Shown here piece after piece: positions 12,478 to 25,940 of a stretch of 64,000 bases of DNA. The DNA is from Saccostrea cucullata (Eukaryota): positions 186,001 to 250,000 of the forward strand of contig NW_026925642.1 in NCBI RefSeq assembly GCF_032062105.1. The letters are read 5' to 3'. Made by a program: the position numbers and the translations under genes. Each line of letters opens with the position of its first letter. Within the stretch, counting starts at the first letter, position 1. Under the pieces are notes generated by a model, which was given only the letters and a program-made list of their open reading frames with translations, was not told the DNA's origin and made no database searches.

Positions 12478-15400
12478 TCAAGAAAAGGACTGAAGATTAT
12501 TTGCTCTGAGTTTCCTTTCATTCATCTTCATACATTCGTTCATCGTGCTTGCCATAAAGTCTCTCTCATTGGCAAAGGCAATGGCTTCGTCCCTTTTCCT
12601 TGACCTGTACCCCCTGAGTACCGCTGTGTGGGGGTTGTCCTTAGCCTCGGGGTGGTGTGATTTGTATTTAAACTCCATTCTTGTGATGACTGGCAGACAG
12701 AGGCCATTGGGGAGTGGTACAAGGTCGTTACCTGTCCGCCTGTCTACGTACTCCGGGTGTTTTTTGCGTACAGCTACGACGTCAGACAATGACTGCTCCC
12801 TGGCTTGTTCCAGATCTGTCAGGACTCGGGCAGGGTAGGTCTCTCCTGTAGAAATCAATTAAATAGAAAGAGCTTATTATATAGAATAAAAAATCTGATG
12901 GGTTCAGTCCATATCCAGTTTAAAAATTTTGGGACAAGCTTCAAAAGCATCAAATTTTAAGCCTTACAGAATAAATTCCCGTATCATATTGCTTTGTAGG
13001 AAATCGGGAATGAATAATATCCAAAAAATTTCAAGTACATTTGCCATATTCCATGAGTCAATTTAATTTCTTCAATAAGGATCCAATTTTACCCTTATGA
13101 GCTAAAATATCTGATTTTTTACACAAATTTTTAAGGATACCCTAAATAAGATCCATGTATGGAACTCACCTAATTTTACACCACATCTTCTGAGAATGGA
13201 GGGGGGACATTTCCAGGGCTGGTGTATGAAGTCATTAGGGAGAGAGGCGATCTCTGGGCACCAGCGTCTAACATAAGCCCCATCTGGGTCACAGGTCAAG
13301 GCCGCATCCACGGGATGCATGACAAAATTCCACTGGTCCAGACCACTCATACCACCATTCTGCCACATCATGGCGTTAATAGCCACATCAGCATCCAGCA
13401 GAGTGTCCTAAATAATTCATAATGTCAATAAATCTCAGTGCTTTCTTCTACAAAAATCCTTAAATAAGTAATCGTTTGTTGAAATCCTTCAATTTACTTC
13501 AGTCTTTTAGAATTACTCTCTTTATAAAGCTTACCATGAATTAGTACTGACAATACAGTGTCAAAAAGACCCTTTCTTTAAATAAAAGATTATATTGATT
13601 TCTGTATTCATTGTACACACTAATTTTGCATTAAATAAAATATTTGAAGTATTTTACACCAAGTTTAAATGAAAGACAATGACGAGTAATTTTATTTGTT
13701 GTTATAGTTCCAATTGTACATGCAGTTACAGTTATTTTGTAATCCAGTGAGAAATTTTATCATAAGACAGTGTGAAAACATTAGGTTTAATCTTCAAATA
13801 AGTGATATAGCATTTTTATTGTTATTTTACTCCTATAATACAGTAATGAATAGTCAAAAAACTGTGCTATGATATTGTCAGGGGAAAAAAATATACTGGT
13901 ATACTCTTCTTTTAAAGACATTAAATCAAATTCAAAATATGTTTTTAAAAATCAATAAAATTAACCATCAATGCAAGATATAAATAAATCATGTTTATAC
14001 CTGGAACCACCTGTATCCCTCCACCCAGTGAATACGGAGGTAGGATATGAGGAAGGAAGCCACCACGTGCCTGAGGTAGTTATTGATCCACCCCTCTAAC
14101 CACAGTTGTCTCATAGCAGCATCCACCAGAGGGAACCCTGTCCTTCCCCTCTGCCAAGCCTTCAAGTGATCCCTGTTGCTGCTCCAGGCCTGATCCTTTG
14201 ATGAAAAAAATACCATAAAAAATATCATATATATTTGGATGTGAGAGGGAGTGAGTGACCTAGAATTGATTTGGGTTTTTTCCCCAAATTCTTATTTAAA
14301 AAATTTTGTTTATTTGGATTGATACTATTTTCCTATTCAACTCTACAAAGTCAAAAAAGAACTCCATGAAATAGTCGTACCCTGTAATGGACCCTGGTAG
14401 GTTGTGACGGGAGATCTGGCCACAGAGACAACAGCCAGTAGGAGAGGTCTCTCCAGGCCAGCTTTCTGAGGAACTTGGGGGATTTCATGTGTCTGGCCTC
14501 CTCCAGTATAGCGCGGGGACTGATCTGGCCGAAGTGAAGATAGGGAGAGATTCTGCAGGTGTTCAGATGATCTGCCCGACACGACTCCTTCTCATATTTC
14601 CTCACACCTACAAAAACAGGAACATGGTTAAGGAAACAAATCTAGCCAATTTATTGAATTTAAATTAATACAGTTAATATATACCCCTAGAGGCATAGAA
14701 GATGAATGTTTACCTTCAGACAAAAAGAGCTCTAAAGCATTCCAAGCTCCATTCTCTCCAAAATCCCATTTTTCTACAATAGGTGCTGCCCAGTTTATCT
14801 AAAGATATGAGATGCATGTTAACGAATCTAAATATTCAAATATATTAATGACTTCCATCATATGTAGAATACTGTACAATTTTTTAATTGCTTACAATCA
14901 TAGTAGTGTTCCCCTACATAAAATTTAATAAATTGTCCCAAATTATCTGTCAGATTTAGACTATATTAGATGAATTAGCCAAAAATCAGATTTCAGTCCT
15001 TTTTTCCCCTTGAAAATTGCTTCTTTAAAGTCCCCTTCTTAGCATGGATCTTAGTCCCTGTAAAATTTGATTTTGGGGATTAATATTTGTAAAGACATGA
15101 AAGATGGTCTATAAAATTTAACAGAAATATAGCTTCTGCAAAAAAATCTTTTGATTTCCAGAAATATGAGAAATCTGATTCTGCATGATAATGGACTTAA
15201 CATATACATTTGTAATATACAAATTGACAACAGTGCAAATAAAATTATTTAAAATGTGTTTCAAATGAATCACACTACTATTAAGGTAAAAAATTACAAT
15301 AGTTCCATCTTTTCTCCTTGGCATCTTTGCCAGTCCTAAGTCAGATAGAGACATGCTGATTTGATACTGTTCAGGTCTGGGCAGTGTCCCGGGGGCCTCC

Positions 15401-16449
15401 AGAGGATGTCCTATGGGCTGAGTAGAGGACTGTCTACAACACTCCATGAAGTGAGTCACTGAGCCAATACCTCTCATCCCAAGGGACTCGGTGGACACTG
15501 AGTCTGGCTCATGTAACAAGTAGGAAGGAAAACGTTTACAGTTGATTCCCCTTTTCTGAAGCTGTTCACAAATTTTGTCATCTCTCTGCTTGAGAAATGG
15601 CTCATAAATATCATTAATGATAAATGTTTTAGCACCAGTTTCATCCATCAATTTCATAATTTCTTTCTGATATGAGTCTGTTTTTCTGAATATTATTTCA
15701 TTTTCATATTTGTCGGCAACTGATTTGTTTAATTCCTTCAAAGCGTGGTGTAGCCATAATTTTGTTGCACCCCCAGCAGCCACAACATTGTCTGGATCCT
15801 CTTCAGACTCTGACCAAAGGAAAGCTAATATTACAGGTGAGTTCATGCTGGCTGCTGCACATAGTGCTGGATTGTCATACAGGCGAAGGTCTCTCCTGAG
15901 CCAGTATAGTACAGGTCTTTGCAGCTGCTTATCCGAACTCTTACTACTTGCCCTGCCTTGCTTTTTCTTCTTTTTGGAAGATTGATTTGATGCTGTGTTG
16001 TTGGAAGCTTTAGATATTTCTGTAATTTGGACTTGAGCTTTCTTTACTTCACTTTTTGAATTAGATACACTAGATCTATTTGATTTGACATGCAGGATAC
16101 TGGCATATGAAGATTCTGGGTTTTCTTTCTGTTCTATAGAAAGCGCAGATGCAAGCTCTACATCTAATTCATACCCAAAGTCACTCGTCAAATATCCATT
16201 CTCAACACTACAACCTATTGGATCCGTGAACGTGTCAGAAGGAGGCTTTTCAAAGTAGTTTACATAAATGTTGCAAAGTTGATGGTACTTTTCTGTGTTT
16301 GTGAGCTGTAAAGCGTCAATGTACTCCAAAAAATGTTGTCTGGTAGAATCGTATCCATCAAGTGAAACTATTAAGCAAAAGCATTCTTCAGCAGAAGTTA
16401 TCCCTGATATAAAATTCTGTAATATTTCCTTTACGCGTGTCGTCTCCAT
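12478..16449 (-). CDS. Plant-like cryptochrome / photolyase family protein (PCRY-like), 6 exons, 754 aa
   Basis: Exons 16449-15298, 14798-14714, 14607-14381, 14195-14001, 13407-13170, 12845-12478; all GT-AG with consistent phases. Motifs: WLRRDLRLYDNPAL, GGATKLWLHHAL (plant CRY/class III CPD type), ISPYLHFGQISPR, WQRGRTGFPLVDAAMRQLW, DTLLDADVAINAMMWQ, DPDGAYVRRWCPE. Confidence 0.92.
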
Positions 16450-17103
16450 TGTCAAAAAGAAAGTTTACATAACCTGGATCGGAATCTCTCTAGACTTTAC
16501 AAAGGGCATCTGATCCCGATGCAATAAGCTCTATCTGACAGTCCAAAAAACGATAATTTTTAGGGAAAACATTTAATGTCAAGCAGAACAAAATTTAACG
16601 ATAATTCATGGGCCAACAGAAAATTCGGACTTCAATCATTGATCCGTTTATGTATATATATATTTTTTTTTATTTAAGAATCGGGTTCGATATTCTAATA
16701 ATTGTAGTGTCGTTGATTGTCGGAAAATTCCGTGGAAAATAATTATTTTAAAAGATGAATAAAATTAGATTTCACAAAGATTGATTGAAGCTAAAACAAA
16801 ATTATATATGTGATAAATATTACTTTTGGTTTAAAAGTTTTTACTCCATCCAATCAAAAAACGCCAACTTTAGCTTAGTGACGTCATATTGAAGTTCGAC
16901 ATTTCTTATCAAAACACAGTCTAATTGAGCAAGTAAGGAAGGTGATTTTCATTTGTTTTAATTGTATGTCATTGGTAAATACTGATATCTTTAATTATCA
17001 AAAGAATTATTGAAATAAAAGACACCCGCAAAGCTAGTTTTACTGCAGCTTAATTCAGTTGTAATTGTTTACTTCCACTTTTGTTTTCTATAGGTCTAAT
17101 AGG
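16450..17103. promoter_or_regulatory. Bidirectional promoter between cryptochrome and HERPUD
   Basis: Start codons 654 bp apart. D-box TTATGTAA (-) at 16465-16472, CCAAT at 16850, CRE TGACGTCA at 16879-16886. Probable HERPUD 5'UTR intron 16933-17093. Confidence 0.6.
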
Positions 17104-20100
17104 ATGGATATAAATGTACCCGTGACTTTGGTCATTCGTGCTCCTAACCAGAGAGTCGAGGATCACACGGTTGAATGTATGTTAGGATGGACAGTGAAGA
17201 AGTTGAAGAGGCATTTAGAGGTCGTCTACCCTAGTAACCCTGTGAGTGTTAAAACTATGCTGTGTATCTGTTGGCTAAAGGGGTGATAACTAGGTGTTGA
17301 ATTGTAAATTTTTGAAACTCAACATGTCATATCGTAGACAGCAGGAATGGCAAATTCAAAAGCACATTAGTACGTTATGAAAATTTGTCTGCACAGCTGT
17401 CAGTGTTATGATGCATTGAACATCTATAATTTACAGTTCAATGCTTTTATTTAATTTAATAATTTTAATTTAATAATTTCGTTAAAAGATGTTGTAGACC
17501 CGGTTTAAAGGCTTTTAATGTAGCAAAAGAAACACACTTGTTAGTGCATTTACTAGGAACATTAGAGAAATGTAAACATGGCAGGTAAATTTGAAGCGAG
17601 AGAAAAACGTTGAGAAAATTAATTAGATTTTCGTATTTATATGGATTATTTTTTGGGATAAAAGGCATAAGCAATCTCAAAAAAGTTTTTTGATTATTTT
17701 GGTAGTTATTTCCAGTGCAAATCATTTTATATTCTTCAAAATCATTTCGGAGCGGATCCGCTCTGAATTGCAACATTGCACAGGGCTCTCACACCACTTT
17801 TTGGGACTGGGGCCGGGGCCGTTCAAATTGGGAAAATTATCGTCATTTTGGGAAAAGTTGGATAACACAAATTCATTTTAAAAAAAATCCTCAAATTTTG
17901 CTTTTCTAGCATTTTATCATCAATGCTAACTCTGGTTTTACAAACATTTTATGAAAGTATAGCTTTGTATTACTATCTTTGAGTGTTGATATAGCGGATA
18001 TGTCAACTGCGTGACAGTCATCCACAACACCTCCTCGATCACATGGGCAACTTTTTACCAATACAACTGAACATGCCGAAGCGCGGGTATGTTTCTAGGT
18101 GCAGCTTACTAATGTTTAAATGAAATGTCTATTTTTGAAACCAAAATGCTGGTTTTTGTCGAAACTACATAACAAGATACTCTGCACTGTAATTGTATAC
18201 ATTTTTAGGTCACCTGAGTAAACTCAAGGACCTAGATTCCCGTCCGTTAACATTTGAACATTTTCAGCTTTTCTCTGCAACCACTGAACCAATTTCCAAA
18301 TTTGGTACAAAGTCATGTGACTTCATGGTCGTGTAATATTCATGGAACGTTTTGGAACACGATTTTTATGATGTTGAAAAATAAAACAATTCATGCAGCT
18401 TGGAATAAAAGTAAGACAACAACAGAAATACGTTTAAATTATTTTTAAAACAGTTACAACAAAACACATTGCAGTATGCAGAATTAAAAAATGTATTAGG
18501 ATTAAAAATAATATAATTAAATTCATCTATTAAAAAATGCATTTGAAGGGTTAACTCGATTTTAATTTTTAGAAAAAAAATGTTTTCTTGTTGGAATACT
18601 TTTGATAATCAAGGTAAATACATGGTTGTCGAATGGTTTTGTACATAGAATTTTGACAAAATTGTGAATTTTCATGCCACGATTTTATTGCGAATTCTTT
18701 GAAAATCTTCTTCTCTGCCGCAATTGGAGTGCCTCTACCAAAAGAAACTACTACAATTAGATTATATATAATCATTATAATTTTATTTGGGTATTAAGCG
18801 ATCATTATGATTGATTTCTCCAGAATTGTGAATTTCAAACAGGGGTAAATGCATTTGCCATACTTTCGAGCTATATTTTTGAAAAGCAAGGGTGCCTCAA
18901 AAATTTGCAATGTGTGGATCAGCCCTTCATGTGTGATTGCAGCGAACATAAAACGAAAGTACCCCCACACCTGCCTATGGGCAGAAACAAATAAGCAACT
19001 GCTAAGTGTATTGTTATGATGATCGCTTTCAAAATTGTGAATGCCATAGCATCTTGCTTAAAAATTAATCAAATTAAATTGGAAAGTTGTTCATAATGCT
19101 CAGGTTATATTCAAAATTTTGTAATTAATTACAAATAAAAGAAAGACCATTTCTTTCATTTGCAAATGTGTTTTGTTTGGGTTTTTTTTTTTTGCGATTA
19201 AGTTTGATGGACTTTTATTTTTTAATTAATATTTTTTTTTGGGAAATTTACACCTTTCTGGAAAAAAATTTTAACATTAGGCAATTTTAAAAGCCCTGAT
19301 TGCAAGTATATGGGACGTATTCTACCTGTGGTGAGGGCTTGTACCGAGACACAGTTAGATTATTCTAACTAGTAGTCTAGAGGCTTTTATCGCACTTTAA
19401 AAGGACATTACCTATGGAGTGTAAATATAGATTTTGTTGATTTTAGAAAGTCTACTCCCTGATCATATAATATAGCAAAATGAATATACGTTTTGATTGA
19501 AGCGAATAATTGATAATTCATATTAGATGATGCAATGTTAGAGAGTTAAAAAGTGCTCTATAAGTATTAAAAAATAAATTATAAATAAAAACTATCAGGC
19601 ACCATAATTATTAATCAACATCATTTATCAACATAATACTGTTACTACATTTTAATGTTCTTAACTTTCAGAAAGAAACACAGCAAAGGCTAATATACTC
19701 TGGAAAGTTGTTAGCCGATGAAATGACATTGAAAGAAATTATCATCCAGGTACTGAATTTAAAATAAAATACTCAATGTTTGTGATGTAAGCTTCATTAA
19801 GGAGGATTTCTACACCTGTGAAGTAAAATTGAATTTTGTTACATGCATTCATTTCTAATATACTCGTGCAATATCCAATGAAATAAGGTTGAACGTTCCA
19901 AAGTATTTCTGAATCACTTTATTTTTTTCAAAATATCTAAAAATATTGAATTCATTTTGTAAAATTTAAATGGTCAAAATTAGGTAAAATAAATTCATAT
20001 AACGAACTTCCTATCTCGTTTTAAATATGCACATTTTCCATACAAAAAAGCTGATAATCAATGTCGATCAAATGTTTGAGTTATAAAATATTTCAACTTA

Positions 20101-22919
20101 CAGTCAAGGCATATTGGTGATTTCATGAAAAGTTTCAATTTCGCTGGGTATAACCACACATTTGGGGTGTCGTTTTGCATATTCAATTTTTTACCCAGTG
20201 ATTATCGGTTCTAATTGAGTTTGTTTAGGACAGAATCAGATCATTTTGGATTATAAGTAAATTTTGCAGTAAAATGAACACTATTCACAATGAGGATGGA
20301 TATTTAATCATTTTTGTATTCTTACAGAATGAAGAAAAAGTTCACCATACAGTCCATTTAGTTTGTTCTCCATCCATGGAAAATGCTAATGAATCTCCTA
20401 AACCTCATGTAAGATTGACTGTAATATCTCTATAAATTATTTTCCTAAGTAATTTCAAGTAAATTAATTTTGGCAACTTTCCGATGATTTTATTTGCTTT
20501 CATATAAAGGAAAAAACTGTAAGCAGTACCATTTCTTCCTCCTACACATCAAGAAGCACACATAGCTCTGAAGGACTACGCCATCGAATCAATCATAGTC
20601 AGACTAGCCAGCCAACCAACATAACCAGGTATACAATCTGTAGTATTCCTTAACCTTGTAATTGTTTTCTTTTTATGCACCTGACTTAAGATGGGATGTA
20701 TTATGTTTTGGCATTCATGTCCGTCCATCTGGTCTGATTGTTAGGTTTTCTTTCTCGTTTCTGGCTCATTAATACTATTAGACCTAGAGTAAGTAGAGTT
20801 ATCAACTTTTGTCAGCTGATACTATTATCAGCTGTACCATTTTTTTTTTTACCTTGACATTCTCATCGCATAGGCGATAGCTATGCTTATAAACTTGTTT
20901 TCTATGTTATTAGCAGTTCCAACACAACACCCCCCACACAATCACCTCCCCCAATGATGCCTAATGCCATGGGCCCAGAGCAGTACATGATGATGCCTAA
21001 TGCCCCTGGTATGGCTGTCACCCAAGAACAGTACATGATGATGATGCACAATTACTACTACCAAATGACTACACAGTACATGCAATAGTAAGTAAATTGT
21101 ACATTACTAAGTTTAAAACCGAAAACATGACACAATCATTTCATATTATTAATTTAAAAGGGAGGTAATTGTCTCATTATTGACTTGTGCACATAAAGTA
21201 TAACATATAACTGTAAAAAGAGTATCTTAACAGATTTAGTGAATATCATCATATATTTAACTCAACCAAGAAAATTTGAGACTATCTGTTTGAAGTTTGC
21301 TAACAGATATTTTTTGCATCCAGCATAAAAATAAATATGCAGAGACTGAATAAACATACCATATTACCAGTACAGTGGAGCCTCATTTATCCGGATGCTT
21401 TGGTCCTAGTCAATTTGTCTGGATATATATGAAGTGTCCAGATATCTGAATTACCAGTTAAAAAGGAATAAATAACAAAAAAAAAATTCTGTTTAGAAGA
21501 AAAGTCGTCCAGATACTGAAGCATCCGGATATCTGGCGTCTGGATATCTGAGGGTCCACTGTATATATTTGCACAACCAGTTAACATTATGAGAATGTGA
21601 TAGTAATAATCTATTTAGACTATCATCTGTGATCTTAAAGAATGTTCTTCTTCATCCAAATTTTATAACTTGTATTTTACCCTATGGAATATGGTGGCAA
21701 AGCAGAAGTTGTCCATTTCTCTTAAAATCTGGCTAAAAATTAAAAGTAAAAATAACAGCAAAAACATGTTATGGGGTATTGGGAGAAGATTGACAGCATT
21801 ATATTACAAATTAATTTCTTACAACTCTTTTAAAGATATTTCTTTTTAAAATTATTACCAAAATAGAGCAAGATGATTGCTAAATTTTTTCAAGTTTTTT
21901 TTTCCAAACTCAGCTTCTGCAAATTCCTAACATTAAACAAATTACTTGCAGCTATCAGACAGGAACGTTTCAACCTGTAACCCCCCAAGTTGTTACGGAT
22001 CAGGAGAATGAGGCCCCCAGACAAAACAATCAGGAGGGCCCCGCTCCCAGACCAGACAACGCTAATCAAGTGATGAACGCACAAGGAGGCCTGGAAGAGG
22101 ATGACGATGAGGAGTTTTTCGGTCCCAGAGACTGGCTAGATTACGTTTACACCTTCAGTCGATTCCTCGTCCTGATCAGCATTGTTTATTTCTACTCAAA
22201 CTTCACCAGATTTCTGGCTGTTGCTGCTTTTTTCTTTTTGGTTTATTTGTAAGTTTGTTTTCTTATTCAAGTACAATCAAACCTTGTTATTTTGAACTCA
22301 AGGGGACCAGAAATTTTTTTTTCTTAAATCCAATCATTCCAGAGGTTGAGGGTTAACTGCTTAAAGAAGAAATTCTTAGGACTATTAATTACTGTGACAT
22401 ATCGATGGTATTCAAGATATCAGTGTTCTAGATATCAAATTTAACTGTATTATGGTATATAATGGAATATTTTTTAACATTTATGAGGGAGGGTTTGATT
22501 TTTTGTTGTTGATTTTCTATTTGTTATCTTCTTCAGATATCAGACAGGATGGTTTGGTGTACGTCGTAGAAATCGGGAACAAGAGATTGAAATTGTAGTG
22601 GAACCACCACAACAACCTGAAAATGTTCCCAGGGATCCAGGGGCCGAGGAAACTCCTGCTGAGGAGGTAGGCATTATTTATATAAAAACTTTAAATATTA
22701 ATGATTCAAGAGAGACTATTCAGATATGTTGTCCTTTGTTATGATTATGAAATGTGGATCTTTTATTTTTAGGAGAGTAATACACCACAAACAGAAAGTA
22801 CTCCCACAGATACCCCTGAACCCCCTCCCCCCGGGGCTCTGACAGTTGCTTGGAGTTTTGTGTCAACCTTTTTCAGCTCATTAATACCAGAACCTCCTGC
22901 TCCAGTTAATGCTAATTAA
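17104..22919 (+). CDS. HERPUD: Homocysteine-inducible ER protein with ubiquitin-like domain (HERPUD1/2 ortholog), 8 coding exons, about 387 aa
   Basis: Exons 17104-17241, 19672-19749, 20328-20408, 20510-20628, 20914-21087, 21952-22248, 22537-22666, 22773-22919. UBL VTLVIRAPNQ..WTVKKLK..QRLIYSGKLL; EGLRHR; MNAQGG..RDWLD..YFYS; C-terminus AWSFVSTFFSSLIPE..NAN*. Confidence 0.93.
17781..19298. mobile_element. hAT-like non-autonomous element with 6-bp TSD, in HERPUD intron
   Basis: ATTGCA|CAGGGCT...AGCCCTG|ATTGCA; contains a HINE-like fragment near 18205. Confidence 0.65.
21373..21561. mobile_element. Tc1/pogo-like MITE
   Basis: TA|CAGTGGA.CCTCA..TATCC...GGATATCTGAGGGTCCACTG|TA. Confidence 0.7.
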
Positions 22920-24385
22920 TGTCTCAATGCCAAACAATATCAGAAATCCAATTACACTGTGTCATTCATTTGTGGTCTGTGATCGTTTTTATATTTGGGC
23001 ATAAGTATTCCCATTTACTTTCTGAATCTTTTATGGACATGCTCATTGTGGTACTGGTAATTTGCTTTCTTTCATTTTCTCAATATTTGATGTGAAAAGT
23101 CAGCTGAAGCCTGTATCAGATGTGATTACCTGAAATCCAGTATATATACATGCATATTATTTCAAGAAGAAATCACTTTTACATTTAAAATATATGTTTG
23201 TTTTGTTGTGACTGCCAAATTTTGTATTGATTTTGTTCAAAACTGCAATTGTTTTTATTTTGTTTGTTACTTTTTATGTTTCATGTTACAAAACAGAGAA
23301 ATTATGTGAAGTACATGTATACTTGTTTAATCAGATGAACAACTTATTCAGTTGTAGATGGGTGGTGGCTTCTGTGCCATAAGTGCAAAAACTGAAAAGT
23401 ATCCTGTTATTATTATATAAAGGCTGCATATAAATATGTAACATTATCATTTGTTGATAACATTGTACATAGGTCGTAGGAAAGTAATTATATTAACCTG
23501 TAAATATGCCATTCATGCTTTACTTGGGATTACAGAGTATATAGTTATATTGACATCTGTATGTATCATGTAATCTAATTGTTAATTCATCAAGTCATAA
23601 TTGTACAGACACAAACATGTTCATATAGCTGTGTAAATAGACAGGTGCTATTTCCTCATCATTTTTCTCATAGAGAGAGATAGGGTATATGTGTATGTGA
23701 GTGAGTTGAGAGAAGGGGGATGTCAGAGAGAATGAATTCTAGAAGGAGTGTATATGGAGTTTTGATATTTATATTTGCTTTAACTTTAAGAATAGAGACC
23801 AAAATTTATATTATTCTTGGAACTTTAGGTAATTTCTTGTAGTGTTCAACACATTTATGAAAAAAAGAAAAATCAGATTCCTAATTTTAGAAAATTCCTT
23901 GTCACAGAAAAACTTAGTCTCCATTTTGACATAATATGAATGTGTGTTTCTGTACTCCAAGCTTTAGGAGACTCGTCATGTCTTACTGTGTGATGATTTG
24001 TGAAATCCTTTGTCTTGCAATCACTATCAACAATCATTGTTGACTATTTTACTTGTTAAGATGGTATAATAACCTGGGAGCACTTTGCTTGCTTGGTGAA
24101 AATAAAATATCATGAATCAATTCTGGTTATGTAGTATTTTATATTGAAATAAATTTCTGAATTTTAACAAGTTAATGAAATCAATGATTTTCATTTAAAT
24201 AAGTATTAATTATGGTTTACTTCATTTTTCTTTAAAAAAAAATAAATTTCAGGTTATTAAGTGAAGCTATGTGATACAGATACTAAGAATAACATTCAAA
24301 CATTGTCAAAAAAAACAGGAAATTTTATTCTTAATCTAATCGTTTAATGAAAGTTGGCAAAAAATTATATGGACGTTTGAGAGGT

Positions 24386-25803
24386 TTATGATGTTTGGTT
24401 TTCCTCGGCTGTTGATGTTTGTTCTGTGGTGTCCTCTGCCTCTTTCGATTTCCCTTCATCCACAGGAGAAAACTTCTTAAACCAAGTGTCGAACGGAATG
24501 TTGGATAAAGGCACACGCTCAGGCATTTTTGAGAGCATTTTAACGATAAGAATTCGGCAGTCTTCGGAAACTTCCGGTTTGGCGGGAAAAACAACTTTCT
24601 GTAGGACCTGTTTCAGAAGTTTCTTATGGTTGGAATCATCAAATGGGAGTCTCCCGTACAACATTGTAAATAAAACAACCCCCATACTCCACACATCAGC
24701 GAAAAAGGGGTCGTATGGCGTTCCCTTCAAAATCTCTGGTGGTGCATATGCATAGCTTCCGCAGTATGTTTCACTTGGTTTGAAATCGCCATTTTTAGAT
24801 TTCTGTATTTTTTTGGCAAATCCAAAGTCTGTGACTTTAAGATGAAAATGCTTATCCAATAAAACATTCTCGCATTTGAGATCGCGATGGACTACACCTT
24901 TTGAGTGCATGTAAGACATCCCATCGTGAAACTGCTGGAACCAAATTCCACACTGAGATTCGGGAATCGTTTTCTTGCTTCTGATATAATCTAAGAGATC
25001 AATGTGACCCATCTCCATAATTAGAAAAAAGCGAGTGGTTGTTTCAATGACTTGGTAGAATGAAATGAGACAAGGGTGTTTTAGAATTTTGATCACTTCA
25101 ATTTCCCGTGGTAAAAATTTTAGAAGGAAGTCGTTCGGAGCCTTTCTTTTAGAAATTATTTTGATAGCAACTTTGTGTTTTCTGTTGACATCGTATGCAG
25201 ACCTAACACAAGCATAAGATCCCTGACCGAGAGTCTTCCCCACTATAAAACCTTGGCTTTCTAAAACCTGTAATATAGGTATATAAAAAAATAGATATAA
25301 CTTATACGCAATGCTTAATTTCCAATAAATTTACAGTATATTAACGTGATTAAAGACACATTCTACCGAATGAGAACATTTTTGCATGATCTGACATGTT
25401 TGTGCAATTTAAACAGATTTCACATAAAACTTATATTCTAAACCATGCGGGAGTTACATTTTTTTGGAAAAATTTAAATTCGGGTTTGGGCAGAAACAGT
25501 GCTTATCCCTTTCACTAAGGCAAACACTGTGACATAACTACAACCTTTTTCAAAGGTTAATGAAAGGAAAGGACACATATAAATAGCAAGAATTGCATGT
25601 TTTTCAATCATTAAATCTGTGAATTACATTCCTTTCCTCCAACCCGTCATTGTATATAGATGTAAATGTTTGTAAATATTATATATAATTTTCACCTGAA
25701 ATCTTTTTGTAGCCTTGCTTTTGGTTGTAGTTGTGGAGGCCGCATCCTCATTTCCATCGACTCCTACGGATTCATTGTTTTCTTTATCGTCTTCATTTAC
25801 CAT
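24386..25803 (-). CDS. TSSK: Testis-specific serine/threonine kinase (TSSK family, TSSK4-like), 2 exons, 329 aa
   Basis: Exons 25803-25696 and 25267-24386. Motifs LGQGSYA, VAIK, KFLPREI, HRDLKCEN, DFGFAK, SETYCGSYAYAPPE, GRLPFDDSN are typical of TSSKs. Confidence 0.9.
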
Positions 25804-25869
25804 TATTTTGGAGTAGTTACATTATAACGCAAAACTAACAAAGCCTATGGTTCTTAATCATGATGTATC

Positions 25870-25940
25870 ATTGTGACGTTAACGAGGAAAAATTGTGACG
25901 TGACAATGGGCTGTAATTGAGCAAGTTAATTGTGACGTCA
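25870..25940. promoter_or_regulatory. Cluster of CRE/half-CRE sites upstream of TSSK
   Basis: ATTGTGACGT at 25870, 25892 and 25929; the last extends to the full TGACGTCA (25933-25940). Confidence 0.55.

Noticed and set aside
12545-15985. Antisense or alternate-frame ORFs over the cryptochrome (also over TSSK, vWA, SLC52 and TLR)
   Set aside because: Shadows of real coding exons; no independent motifs.
12478-16449. Recent horizontal transfer or contamination as the source of the plant-like cryptochrome
   Set aside because: Five canonical introns, host-like composition and metazoan neighbours; the PCRY-like clade is known in marine animals.
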